Shown: positions 1-12,920, counted from the stretch's first letter. The stretch is 64,000 nt of DNA from Pelomyxa schiedti (GCA_020536535.1 JAHLWZ010000690.1:1-64000), one strand, 5' to 3'. Numbers and translations are program-made. The notes: generated by a model from the sequence alone, not told the origin.

Positions 1-963
1 TGATGAAATGTATGCGAAATGCTCTTTCGAAAAGCTGCTCCTGACACCTGGTGCAGTATTAGGTTTGGGAGAAAACAGGTTGAACTACTTTCAGCCCTTG
101 CACAGTCAGATCATTTCTTCCGGAGGACTCGGCATGAATACCGAATTTCTTCAATGCCCTTTTCAATTCCATGAGGATTTAAAAGGAAAGGGTGTGGCTA
201 CTTGAGGATAATGCTAGTATTAAATTCCTTGAAATGAGGATTTGGAGGCGACAGAAATGTGTAGTTTGTATTTCCGAGGTCCTACTTGGTGGTCAGGTGA
301 TTCAAATATATCTCCCAAAACAGAAACCTGATATACTGCACCCCCTCCAGATTGTCTGCGTGCCAGGAAAACGTTATCTGACATCATGCGAGGGATATTG
401 CATTCTCTGTAAGCATTCTGGTGCTTGCCTATGACCACCTTCACACCAAACAAAAATAGGCCAGCCGTCAGTTACGCGTCAACTAAATAAAACCCAACCC
501 AACCCAAGCACAGCCACACAATGCACACACGCACACGCACACACACAGTCGGCGTGTTCCTCCACAGATACACCGTGTTCACTGCTCCTCCTCCTCCTCT
601 TCCTGTGGTTGTGGTTCGGGGCACTCCGCGCCGCCGGCCCCCCTCGCCCTCGCCCTCGCCCTCGCCCTCGCCCTCGCCCTCGGCCTGGGCCTGGGCCCGG
701 CCCCCGTCGTTGCGTGGTGGCGCCAGTAGTAGTAGCTCGTGCGCTGCGTTGTGGGCAAACAGCCAGTCCTCCACAGCCAAGTTGAACGCCGCACTCGTGC
801 TCCGTGACACAATTACCACGCCCTCACGGCCCCCTCGGGCGCCGCGGGTCGGTGCCACCCCTGCTGCTGCTGTGCTCCCCATGCATCTTTGGGGCTGCAC
901 CGCATGGCGTATGGCGATGTGGCTGCGTGCTAGACTCCCGGCCGGGCTCCGCTGGAGACTCAT
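1..963 (-). CDS. lplA: Lipoate-protein ligase A, copy A (5' part; runs off window start; multi-exon)
   Basis: Spliced translation gives [18 protein letters not shown]|[31 protein letters not shown]|VSGAAF, the LplA/BPL motifs. ATG at 963 is followed by an Arg/Ser/Ala-rich leader. Confidence 0.9.
641..682. repeat. (CCCTCG)7 microsatellite encoding a (GE)n tract in an lplA insertion
   Basis: Read directly; the paralogue near 10.9 kb has fewer units. Confidence 0.9.
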
Positions 964-1204
964 CGCTATTTCGTTGAGTTTTATTTTTGAAAACCTTCGA
1001 CTCTCAACAATTCGACCTCCACTCCCCCTCTCATCTTCTAGGTGCACACTCACACATTCACGGGAGTGTCCCCAGAAGAGGAGACTGCAGTTGTGCTGGG
1101 CCGATGTTCGGGGAAAATCCAAACAAATCCAACCCCACAACAAGCTGGTGGTGGTGCCACAAGGAGGCAGGGATACGATTACGACGTTGGGGTGTTGTGG
1201 AATT

Positions 1205-2459
1205 ATGGGTGTAGGAGTGGGGTTCTTGTCGGGGATGCATCTGAAGACCCTGTTACTCTTGTCCCTATTTGTCATTGTGGGAACTCCGGCGTGGGCCACC
1301 AGCCAACAACCTAGTACTACCTCAATTAACATTAACACGCTCTATTTTCTTCTAAGTCGAACTAACCAGGGGAATTGGCTGAACGTGCATCATGCTTTGT
1401 GTGTAAGCAGGGGCAGTACTCGTTTGGTTAGTACCTTAATTATGGGAAGTTGTGTGCTAGATATAGCCAGTAACTTATTGTATTGACAACGGACAGAGTG
1501 CAATCCACAGGAGATTGATTGCCCTGGGGGTTACTGTGATAGTGTGTGCCCGGATTGCCCCCCAGGGACTTGTGCACCCCTAATAGAGACAATAAATTGC
1601 ACCGTCTGTAGTGCAGGATATTACACTGCCGATTATGGAACGACCAATGTTCGTTTCATACTTTAATATCACCAATTTAATCTCTTTTCGTAGTGTTCTG
1701 CTTGTAATGCTGGGAGTTACTCCAAATCTCCAGGTTATTAGCAAGGATTATACTTTCCTCCATTTAACTCAAAAAAAGGCAGTAGCGGNNNNNNNNNNNN
1801 NNNNNNNNNNNNNNNNNNNNNNNNNNNNNNNNNNNNNNNNNNNNNNNNNNNNNNNNNNNNNNNNNNNNNNNNNNNNNNNNNNNNNNNNTGACCACTAAAA
1901 TTATTTTAGCTGTCTACATGCCACCAGAAGTGATCAAAAATAACAGTGCGGCTTCCAAAAAATCTGATATGTATGTGGTTTTCACTGACATGTGTGCTAC
2001 ACATCTCATTCTTCACTGTAGTCATGCATTCGGACTTATACTATGGGAGACTTGGACCGGACAGGAGCTGTTCAGCGGGGTTTCTGACTTGGAGTTGGAG
2101 TGTAGTATTTCTGGGGGACTCTGGCCCAGAATTCCGCCCGAGCCAGAGACACCACCTGCATTGGTATTGCCTTCCTTCTGGTACAATACCCACCTCCATT
2201 AAACAGAAACACCTCATGATACTGTGCTGGAATGAAGACCCAAAGATGGTAAGATTTTTCCACTGTTACTGTTATCCCCCCTTTTGTTTCACCTTCTCCC
2301 CCTGAAAAAAAGAGACCTGATGCATGCTATGTTGTTGACCAAGTGACTGATATCAGGTATTACGCAGACTCAGCTAATGTCTTTCTTACGCTGATTCCCA
2401 GGCGCTACTACAAGACCTATTTACAAGTCCAACAACGCAGGCTCGTGAACGGAACATAA
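1205..2459 (+). CDS. Cys-rich (CxxC-xxG-xY repeat) receptor with C-terminal TKL-type kinase, copy A, interrupted by assembly gap
   Basis: Signal peptide MGVGVGFLSG..LLLLSLFVIVGTPAWA, then CPDCPPGTC and CTVCSAGYY repeats. After the gap come kinase C-lobe exons YMPPEVIK..KSDI|HAFGLILWE..CWNEDPK|RP. Linking the two parts across the gap is inferred. Confidence 0.65.
1789..1888. other. Scaffold gap (100 N)
   Basis: Run of exactly 100 N. Confidence 1.
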
Positions 2460-2560
2460 AAAAATAAATGTTTTTCCTTTACACAATTGGAGGTGAGAGC
2501 GGCCACACTCTTTGTATAATTCCTGTGGAAGTGTAAAGGCTAAAAACCCGGAGAACCCCA

Positions 2561-2610
2561 AACCAGAACAACAGCCCTTGGGAGAGAGCTGTTATGACAA
2601 CCATACTAGT
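2561..2610 (-). pseudogene. Degenerate tRNA fragment related to the tRNA at 2919-2990
   Basis: Minus strand TGGTTGTCATAACAGC-tctctcccaagg-GCTGTTGTTCTGGTT retains the D-3'/anticodon stem/variable region of the intact copy. Confidence 0.55.
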
Positions 2611-2918
2611 AGTAACAAGAGAAGGGTAAGTGCCAATAGGGTTCCGGTGTTCATCCTGCAAAGATATGAAACTTGTTGTATTCGTGCAAGGTAAGTGTGG
2701 AGAAAATCTTTATTACAATGCGGAATCAGTTGCCTGGAAAATAATCGTAAAGAAATGTAGTAATTAATGTAGTTAAAAACCATACAATACAAAGAGTCTC
2801 ATTATTATCTCGCTCAGTATGTGTAAGTAATCCGTATTCGAATCTGAAATAGAATGTTGATAACCTGCAGGAATAGGAAAATGTAAATAAATAGACAATG
2901 GATAGAAAGAAAGGTATA

Positions 2919-2990
2919 AGTGTCAGCCGGGAATTGAACCCGGAACAACAGCTTCAAGAGCTGTGATGATAACCGTTTCACCACTGACAC
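2919..2990 (-). tRNA. tRNA(-like) gene, anticodon UUG (Gln?), atypical C33; identical to 30940-31011
   Basis: Full cloverleaf: acceptor GTGTCAG/CTGACAC, D stem GTGA/TCAT, anticodon stem ACAGC/GCTGT with loop TCTTGAA, T arm CCGGG-TTCAATT-CCCGG, discriminator U. Confidence 0.8.
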
Positions 2991-3855
2991 GATGGAGAAT
3001 TGAACCGAGAAAGACAACTGGAGTGGGAATTTGGGCCTGTGGCCACAAGCCCAAATATCCCACACACAGCAAGGGGGCCGAGTGGGATTCTGAGCCCCCT
3101 GGCCATGAGGCTCAGGAATCCCACAAGGCACCCCCCCCAAAAGAACAAGAGGGGGACGTGAATCCCCCGGGCCAAGGGGGAAACACATGCCCAGACTGGT
3201 TCAATTGGGTTGTCCCACAGACAACAGATCCGGGGCTCCCGGGCCAGGGAACCAAGATCCACAAACCCCAAAAAGGGAACGAGAGGAGGTGTGTGGGAGG
3301 ACGCGGATCCCCCGGGCGAAGGGGGAACACCACGCCACCCACAACCCCAACTTGTTTCCTTCTTGAGGCGTCAGAGAGTCAGTTCAATCGATGATCAGCA
3401 GACAACAACAGGCGCCAGACAGTCGACCCCACAAGAAGAAACAAGCCACCACCACAGCGACAGCAGTATCAACGTGCGAGCGAAAAAGCCGAAGCAAGCG
3501 AAGCCAAGCCGCCGGGCGCGTTGCCGTGGGATCCAGCCAGGGATTGAGGGGATGAGGTGGGGCCCCCGAAAAAACGCAAGTAGAGGCAACCGGTGGAGCC
3601 GCGACGGCCACCCCCCCCCCCTTGCGAGGAGGGATGTGTCCGAAGCGGGGCGCCGACGCCCCCCCCGCCTGGGTATCGAGTAATCCCTAGACCAACCTGC
3701 AGCCCCCCAGGCTGTTCAACGGTGTGATCGCGCCGGTGTTCGTCATCGAGTGATCGACTCCCCCCGCAGCCATGTGTGCGATTGTCGTTGTTGTTGCTGT
3801 TGATTTGTTGTTCCTGTTGTTTGCCGCGTCACCTTTTAACACCGCAAGATCTTGG
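2991..3855 (-). repeat. GC-rich structured repeat element, copy 1 (inverted relative to 30080-30939)
   Basis: Long near-identical blocks shared with the 30-kb copy; no ORF conserved between copies. Confidence 0.9.
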
Positions 3856-3925
3856 GTGTGTTCCCAATTCGTGAAATTTTTTGTACACAAAGTTTTCCCA
3901 AAGTTTCATCGATTAAATTTACAGC

Positions 3926-6826
3926 TTATGGGTTGTTGAAGGGTTGTTCTTGGACCAATTGCACGTTGTTCTCTCTCGCCCAATTCTTCATTACCGCTTG
4001 AATGTTTTCAGCCTGTGCGTTCCTGGTATTGTTTTTTGTTACTTTAGTATTTTCGTGGGCAACAGAATTCTATGTACCCGGATGTCTGCAGCATGTAAAA
4101 CACTTCACGAAGTGCATCAGGACCCATTTCACCGGCGATTACTTGCTGGAATACTCCCACGCATGCACCCCGCTTTCCGCACCATATCTCCTCAGCGCCG
4201 CTGTCATACCTCTCAAGTGCATCAAATGCCTTCGCGCTGTAGTAGAACTCCCCAATCTTTGTGGTATTTGAGTGGGTTTGGTTTGGTATTGAAGGAGGGA
4301 ATTGGTGGAAACAACCTTGTAGCAGTCGTTGGCAATAAGGTGCAGAAGTTCAACACCCTCATTGGAATTCTCCATTTTCAGGTGAAGGTCCCACGCTTGG
4401 CTTGGTTTTCCGTTGTTTATATCTTGTACAGTTATTATTGTGATGGTGGTTGTGTATCACCACATACAACAGCGGGCAAGCCAGCTTATGTAACAATAGT
4501 CATTTTTATAGTACTCGTTTTGAATCAGGAGTAGAGCTTCTTCAGCCTCCTTATATTCACCGTATTGTGCTTTGGCTATACCAAAATTCCAGTTGAAGTC
4601 GTCATCATTCGGGAAGTAGTTCTGTTGTTTATTGTAAGTTGTTGGGGATGTAATGATCAAGGCACAGACTCTGATTGAAGAAAGGTAGATCAAAACTTCT
4701 TCCCACTGCCCAAGCAGGAAAAAGAAGGATGCCATTGACTGCCTGCCAGGAATGGTATCACACTCACTTGCCGAGGAACCTACAAGGTGGAACAGTTGAT
4801 GAGCTTGCTTCCTTTGGTCCAGGGCATCGTGTCTCTGGGCATAACAACAGAGTGCAACGGCCTTCAGCATGCATTCCTGTTCGCATACATAAATAAGCGA
4901 GTTTAACCTCAGGAAAAAACTTGTGACGTGAGGGGTTCCATGTCCTTTATAAGTTCATAAGCTTCGTCAATTTCATCGTTTTTAAGGAAGTAAATCTACA
5001 ATGAGGTGCATAAGAAGTTGGGGAAAAGAGAAGTTGGGCAAAGTAAATTACCAAAAGATTTAGTTTGGCTTCCGGAATAACACCAACAAGTTGAGGAAGG
5101 ACTTGCATGGCGTTTTCACCTCCACGGAAAACAACCTAAGCAGCTTGTGAGATGCAAAGGAAATTTGTAAAAATACCAAATTATGTTTAATCATGTCACT
5201 GGCGTATCTGGTGAAAAAGATCACTTTTCACGAAGGTGGGTGTTTTTACACACTTGTGTACAGTTTGACCCGCAGTATCCGTAAATCGCCTTAGTTCTTC
5301 TTCCCCTGCTCTCCCATTATACATCTTGAAGAGGTTGCAGGCCTTTAAATTTACTGCCAAGGCACTTTCAGGAAATGCCTGGAGATAACTATCCAAGATT
5401 CAGTCTCAAATTATTCGCGAGTTCGGTACCTGACAAGTACTTCATGAGAAACATCATGATAGTCAAGCTTATAGTAACAGAGAGCCACATAAACGTTGAG
5501 TGCTAAGAAGTCCTTTTTTTCAATAACGAGTTTTTTGTACAAGTCTATGGCTTCACCATAACGTGCTCTCGCAAAATGTAATGCGGCCAAACTCAACTAG
5601 TACTGTGTAAGACATTAGCAAACCTGAGATGTGCATACTTCGTCCTCCAGAGTTTTGGTAAGGCGCTTCTGTATCTCTGTTATTCTTGCGTCTGAGTCTG
5701 GTCCTCCCTTTCTGTACAAAACATGCAACATAAGGCGGAGGTACAAGGGATTTGATTCTAAGAGACCGAATCACAACGAAAACTCATAGAGATTGATCCA
5801 TACCATCAGGATTTTTCATAGCATTCTCCTCTGCTTCTGCGAATCTCTGCATCTGGTAATAGCAACAAGCAATGTAGGTATAAGCGAGTTTGTTCGTTTC
5901 TCCTTGCGCCAGCAGGTCTTCATATAACTATTTGTAACTTCAGAAAAGGGAGGTACTGCTTGAGGAACTTACCGCAATAGATTTTTTATGCTCTCCCAGA
6001 TGAAAATAGCAATACGGCAACCACCACTTGGAGAATTGTGTTCCTCCAGTTTTCCTTTGAAACTAAGTAATATTTAGGTGCGGGCACAAAAAAAAAAAGA
6101 AAAAAAAACGAAGCTGAGTGGGAACCTCCAACAGAGTAACAGCACCAACCCAATCACGTTTCCTCACAAATTCTACCTTGAAAATACAGTCATATGTTAG
6201 GCAACATAATAATGCTACAACAGCAGGTATGAACAAGGCACCAGTGTATACTCTGGCTTCTTCTTCTGTGCCATCCCCTTCGACGTCCTGAACGACCCAG
6301 ACGGGGTGCTGGCCGCGGACTTGCTCGGCGGGGACCCCACCCCCAGTCCCAGCCCCAGCCCCGTGCCAGTTCCCGTCCCCGTCCCCAGCCCCCCCATCTG
6401 CCCCAGGCCCAGTCCCAGTCCCAGTCCCCCCACGCCCCTGGCGCCCGGCTGCTGCTGCTGCTGTTGTGGCTGTCCCGGGTCGCCGGTGGGGGAGGGCGCC
6501 GGGGCGGTGCCGCAGTCGGCCAGGCCCCCCTCGTTGGGGTCCGCGCCCACGTCGTCGCCGTCGGCGTAGCCCAGGGCCTCGTCCGCGCACTGCGCCGCGT
6601 TCTCCTCCTCCTCCCCCTCGTCGTACCCGTCGCGGTCGTCGGCGGCGTCGTCGTCGAATGCAGCGCGGGGTTGCGTCATGGGGCCGCGCCCGTGTGGCTG
6701 CTGTGGATTGTTGCTGTTGTTGATGACTGCGGTAGTGGTTGTTGTTGTGGGTGGTGAGTTGTTGCTGTATTGTTGTGTTGATGACGTTGTTGTAGATGAT
6801 GTTACACTGATGCGCTGCGGTTGCAT
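3926..6826 (-). CDS. TTC26: Intraflagellar transport protein 56 (TTC26/DYF-13), multi-exon, with low-complexity N-terminal extension
   Basis: [63 protein letters not shown] and EYWEGKRGAC.GVF are characteristic of IFT56. Confidence 0.92.
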
Positions 6827-8004
6827 GGCCACGCCACCGTTATATCAATTCCGCGAATTGGCGATGAAACGGAAAATCACTTGAAAAATTGGCTGCGAAA
6901 AACTCTGGGTGTGGTTTGTTGCTTGGTGGTAAAAACAAACAGCAGGTGGTATGGGCCAATAGTATGGGCACTGCATCATTGCTGTTGTTGTCGTTAGGGT
7001 TGAGAAGTGTGAGGGTGATTTGTGTACCCGCAACACAAAAGAAGTCCCGTGGCCTGACTGAGTTCTTAGTAACCCGCAAACTGGCATCGCCATCCATGAA
7101 GGAACCAGTTCTACGGTCTTCCCTCTGTGAAGAATGGTTATTTGTTGGGTTTTTTTTTGTATGGAACATACCGCATTGCGCTCGTTGTCAAATCGGTGAA
7201 CTCGTACTTTGGGGAGAGTGTTAGATCGACTGTGGCGTTGTCTTTAGTGAGAATGCGGTCCCACAGTACTACGCTGTGGTTCTGCGTAAAAGAGTACCGT
7301 TCAGTACATTATATAGAATGATAGTGTACATGCCCATTTGAGTGAGGAGTACTCTGCTGTTACGTACAAATACACATACTTCGTGTTCCAATGGAAGAGA
7401 CTCGACATATCTTTGCAAGTGTAACTATTTAACGCAAGATAACTAGAGTGTGGTATAAACCAGCATGAAAGTCAAATGTGATATTCACCTGATCAGCCCT
7501 AAGGTATGGGTGCACTCTCCTCCACATCAACTATCAGATAAACAAACCAACAAAAAAGAAGAAAAGGAACAAAGTGCACGTGACACAATTATACAGGCAT
7601 AAGGGGTGCGCACCAGCCCAACACGCGGGGATTCGATATCTCAGCGATGGGCGACACCGTGAACATGAAGCCAGACAACATGTTGAGAGCAGCAAGAACC
7701 GCGGTCACCGTCACCGCGTACGACACTATCGTGGTCCCTCGATTACCCCACGTCTGCATCTCACTTACCCTCGTTGTTGATTGTGTGTTATGGGTTACAA
7801 CTATCTCTAGCTTGACCAACACCCGATCGCCTAGTCACAATCACCGCGTGTCTTTCCCGTAAAACACTCTTGAGTGAAGCGGAATGCCACAAGTAGACTT
7901 TGGTACTCAAGATGTGAGTGGTTGCGCCCTTGACACGTACGTAACTCTCAGGTTCTCATCAAGTTGGTGGCCAGAAACATTCAAGCACACTTTTTTTTCC
8001 GACG

Positions 8005-9110
8005 ATGGTGGATTTGTTGCAAGCGGCGCTAAAGGGGCGGTCCAAGGACAAGCTCAAGAGGATGCTGCAGCACTCTCGATCCCATAAGTCGTACTCGGTG
8101 CGGCGCTAGTGTTGGTGTTGTGTACATTCGTTTGTATTTACATGCCGGAACTTTACAGCCCCAGTCACTGTTTTTGACGTACGAGGAGTACAGGCGAGGG
8201 ACCGGGGAGTTGGCTGTTGGTGACGTCATCAAGTGGAAACCCCATATGAAGAACAGGCAGAAGCCAAAGTACTCCGAGTTCGCGGTGGTGATTTCTCTGA
8301 ATCGTGGGAATCCGTACTACGCTACATCAAGTGACATGTATGCGCCCACTATTTCTTGGTGAGCTGCTAATGTGAGGACTCATCTTTCAGAGATGCTGTT
8401 TCTCCCATTTTCAATGAACCTTTGGACCTCGCCATTGGACTACTTGAGGGATCGGATTTTATGGTAAGCTATTTGTGACAATAAATGCAGCAAGTTCATT
8501 ACAACGAAGGTGTTTTACTATGATTCGAATAGATTCATGAAGGCTACTGATGAAGAAGCTGCCTCACGTATGAAAATGAGGTCTCAGATAGTAAACTCTC
8601 ACCTTCTTTTTCCTGCAGCCCCAGCCTTATTATTGAAAGGCATTCTACAGAATTTTTTGCAACCCGCAGATGAGTTTGTGCCTGGTGACCTTGTTTGTTG
8701 GAAGCCACACCTTAAGAACAAAAAATTACCCGGTATAAGCCGTATCTTTTTCCCTCGTACTAACTGTTACTAAAGAGGAATGCGGTATTGTTGTTGAAGT
8801 ACTTGAAGTAGCTGTCACCGACCCCCGCAAGAGTGCTGGCACTCCCTACTTCCACGAACCTCTTGATATTAAAATAGGTGTCATCGACAAAGATGGTATG
8901 CGAATGCCATTTTCTTCTTTATTCTTATTATTCTTTCACAGGTGACTTTATGATCTTTCACTATGACAAGAGAAGATTTCAAAAAAGGTTGGACACACTT
9001 CCCAAATCCTTTCTGTTCCTGACATTCAACAACCCAGGCCACCACAAGTACAAGAAATCAACGATTTGGAGCAAGATAAGACACCCATAATACCAGACAG
9101 CGTCGATTGA
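8005..9110 (+). CDS. Uncharacterised protein with two tandem copies of a ~90-aa domain (GD.V.WKP..KN..P ... P.F.EPLD..IG ... DFM.F.YD..RF)
   Basis: Manual splicing (e.g. intron 8098-8158) gives two clearly homologous halves. Confidence 0.75.
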
Positions 9111-9390
9111 TTGACAATCCAATTTACAAAAAGGATTATGGGGGTGAAGTGCTTATGCATACAACCCAGCACTCCCACCCATAATTCTTTTTCTAAAATT
9201 GGAGGCAATCGCGCAGCTACCCGCGGGATGGACTTTTGCTTCTCTTGACTTTTGCAACCTTGACACCACAATGTCTGTCACTGGCTCTCTTAGTTGAAGC
9301 CACACCCCAGAGTCTCAGACATCTCTTTGTTGCCAACACCAGCAAAGTGATCACTTTGTACTCAAAAATTTTTTGTTTTTTTTTTCAAAT

Positions 9391-11203
9391 TCAGGGTCTA
9401 TCATTTGTGGTAACAGTGAGTTGATGGAGGAGCCACTTGGACAAGTCTGGAACAAAGAGGGATGACTCAGTGCCTTGTGTGAGGACGGAAATTTCCTTCA
9501 TAGCGGTTTGAATACCATTTATGTTGAATTCCTTTCCTGTGTGTTGGTAAGTAAATTGAGGTAGGTGAGTTCGAAACTTAATTCGAGATCATTGTGAATT
9601 ACCTTGTAAGGTTGGTTTGAGTAGTTCAACAAAACTTGGAATCAAGCAGTCACTAAATACCTCTATTTCAGATATTTTGTTTGCAGCTGTTTCGATGTGT
9701 ATCTCCTTTTGATACCGATATAGTAACAGTAAAGTTAGTACTGGGGAACAAGTTAGTTAAATACACACAAATTCTCCCCAGGAAAACTTGTGTTCCCACA
9801 AGTGAGTGTACTTCGGATTTGTGCCTTCATTTTGCAGTGAGTGACTTTATTTAAGTGTATCAGAAGTACCGTATCTCCACTTGTGATCAATGATTCTCTG
9901 GTAACATTCCCGGAGCAGAGGTGTCTTGTGCAACTGAGATTCATCTAGACTTACTAGCTAAGATAGTAAGAAAAAAACCGCGTTGTGGAGTGCAGGTGTA
10001 GTACCTGCGGGGATGGAAACAGGGATGAGAATTCAGCGGTAATTGCCTCACAAAGTGGAGTATGGTCAATCTCTTTGTTGATGGTTTTTAAATTCGTCAC
10101 CCTAGATTTGACAGATTCCACTCCTTTACTCTATCCGAAGTTGATGACAAATTCAAAAGAAAGATAAATATACAGCCAGCTTCAGTTTGCTTGGAGTAAG
10201 GTAATTCGACAGGGCATTCATATTAACATCAATTAGCATCGTACCATGATGAAATGTATGCGAAATGCTCTTTCGAAAAGCTGCTCCTGACACCTGGTGC
10301 AGTATTAGGTTTGGGAGAAAACAGGTTGAACTACTTTCAGCCCTTGCACAGTCAGATCATTTCTTCCAGAGGACTCGGCATGAATACCGAATTTCTTCAA
10401 TGCCCTTTTCAATTCCATGAGGATGCAAAAGGAAAGGGTGTAGGATACTTGAGGATAATGCTAGTATTAAATTCCTTGAAATGAGGATTTGGAGGCGACA
10501 GAAATGTGTAGTTTGTATTTCCGAGGTCCTACTGGGTGGTCAGGTGATACAAATATATCTCCCCAAACAGAACCTGATATACTGCACCCCCTCCAGATTG
10601 TCTGCGTGCCAGGAAAACGTTATCCGACATCATACGAGGGATATTGCATTCTCTGTAAGCATTCTGGTGCTTGCCTATGACCACCTTCACACCAAACAAA
10701 AATAGGCCAGCCGTCAGTTACGCGTCAACTAAATAAAACCCAACCCAAGCACAACCACAGCCACACAATGCACACACGCACACACACACACATACAGTCG
10801 GCGTGTTCCTCCACAGATACACCGTGTTCACTGCTCCTCCTCCTTCTCCACCCCCTGTACCCGTGGTTGTGGTTTGGGGCACTCCGCGTCGCCGGCCCCC
10901 CTCGCTCTCGCCCTCGCCCTCGGCCTGGGCCTGGGCCCGGCCCCCGTCGTTGCGTGGTGGGGCTAGTAGTAGTAGCTCGTGCGCTGCGTTGTGGGCAAAC
11001 AGCCAGTCCTCCACAGCCAAGTTGAACGCCGCACTCGTGCTCCGCGACACAATTACCACGCCCTCACGGCCCCCTCGGGCGCCGCGGGTCGGTGCCCCCC
11101 TTGCCGCTGCTGTGCTCCCCAGACATCTTTGGGGCTGCACCGCGTGGCGTATGGTGATGTGGCTGGGCGCTATACTCCCCGCCGGACTCGGCTGGAGACT
11201 CAT
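9391..11203 (-). CDS. lplA: Lipoate-protein ligase A, copy B (complete, multi-exon)
   Basis: Same motifs as copy A plus HHGTMLINV and [13 protein letters not shown]; ends ..LTVTTNDRP* at 9391. Confidence 0.9.
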
Positions 11204-12034
11204 CGCCAGTTTCGTTCCCTTTTTACCAATCTTCGTTTACTCTCAACGATTCGACTGACTCTGCCCGGCCTTTCATCTTCCAGGTGTACAGACGGGAGTG
11301 TCCTCAGGAGAAGAGGACACTGTCGTTGTGAATAGCCGATGTTCGGGGAAAATCCAAACAAATCCAACCCCACAACAAGCTTGTCGGGGGTGCCACAAGG
11401 AGGCAGGGATACGATTACGACGTTGGGGTGTTGTGGAATTATGGGTGTAGGAGTGGGGTTCTTGTCGGGGGTGCATCTGAAGACCCGGGGCCTGTTACTC
11501 CTGTACCTATTTGTAATTGTGGGAACTCCGGCGTGGGCCACCAGCCAGCAACCCAGTACCACCCCAAATAACCCTAGTTAACACGCTCTATTTTCTTCTA
11601 AGTCGAACTAACCAGGGGAATTGGCTGAACGTGCATCATGCTTTGTGTGTAAGCAGGGTCAGTACTCGTTTGGTTAGTACCTTAATTATGGGAAGTTGTG
11701 TGTTAGATATAGCCAGTAACTTATTGTATTGACAACGGACAGAGTGCAACCCACAGGAGATTGATTGCCCTGGGGGTTACTGTGATAGTGTGTGCCCGGA
11801 TTGCCCCCCAGGGACTTGTGCACCCCTAATAGAGACAATAAATTGCACCGTCTGTAGTGCGGGATATTACACTGACGATTATGGAACGACCAATGTTCGT
11901 TTCATACTTTAACATCACCAATTTAATCTCTTTTCGTAGTGTTCTGCTTGTAATGCTGGGAGTTACTCCAAATCTCCAGGTTATTAGCAAGGATTATACT
12001 TTCCTCCATTTAACTCAAAAAAAGGCAGTAGCGG
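10247..12034 (+). repeat. Direct segmental repeat, copy B (matches 1-1788)
   Basis: Near-identical to the window start. Confidence 0.95.
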
Positions 12035-12920
12035 CTGTGAGAATTGTTCACCTGGTCAGTATTCTGGTTATGCTTCATCAAACTGCTCCATTTGCCCTTC
12101 GGGCACCTGGAGCGCCGGTGGATCCAGCAGCTGCACGAATTGTTCTGCTGGAACTTATTCTACTGCTGGAGCATCGGACTGTTCATCTTGCCTACCAGGA
12201 ACATTTTCCGAGGGGGCTGCGTCGAATTGTACCAGTTGTCCACCGGGGTATCCCTTTCCGCTCATATCGACCCTAACTTTCATTTCTCGCCTGCCTCAGT
12301 TCATATCAACCCAATGAAAAGGGAACTGGATGTGGCCTATGCGACGCTGGTGAACAACCCCTCCTTAACGACATGCACATGCAATCACCAACGCAATCAA
12401 AAACTGTCCCCACAACTGACACCCTCTGAGAATAGGATCATATGCTCCGAACTATACCTCGTCAAGTTGCATCAAGTGCCCAGCCGGTTGGTATCAGAAC
12501 TACCCAGGAACCACTGGATGCCTAGAATGCGATGCCGGTATATAATTATTCGGTTCCAGTCATTCTCACTCGTCAAAGACACTTTTTCTGATGAGGGAAG
12601 CTCAGACTGCAAAATCTGTGCACCGCTCTATACATCATCCCCAGGCAGTGAGGTTTGCGAAACTAAACAAACACTCAACCAACTACAACGCTAAAACCTT
12701 CCTTTTTCCCGCAGAACTGCCGGCCGAGCTGGGAACTATGGCTTGTAGTAATGTCAGCGCTGGTGTGCGTTGTTGTGATTCTATTAGCAGTATGGAGGCT
12801 TGTTGTATACCGTCGCCGGCAACTTAGCCATATTCACCTACTGGAGATTGAGAAGGTGATACCCAGCCCCGCCGACGGCCCTGTATACACTGGAAACTAA
12901 GAATGACCCCACCCCAATAA
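11441..12920 (+). CDS. Cys-rich repeat single-pass membrane protein, copy B (no kinase domain visible)
   Basis: Signal peptide, about 12 CxxC-xxG-T/S-Y/F/W repeats, TM helix LWLVVMSALVCVVVILLAVW followed by RRR, then a short tail before the next gene at 13287. Confidence 0.75.

Larger units (their letters stand above)
1..1788 (+). repeat. Direct segmental repeat, copy A (matches ~10247-12034)
   Basis: Near-identical sequence including introns at an offset of ~10,246 bp, with small indels and SNPs. Confidence 0.95.

Noticed and set aside
472-1486. Long overlapping antisense ORFs in GC-rich first exons (also at 6.1-6.8, 21.6-22.2, 46.8-47.5 and 58.8-59.6 kb)
   Set aside because: Shadow ORFs caused by stop-poor, GC-rich low-complexity sequence.
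9343-9358. Perfect 16-bp palindrome CAAAGTGATCACTTTG
   Set aside because: About one is expected by chance in 64 kb.
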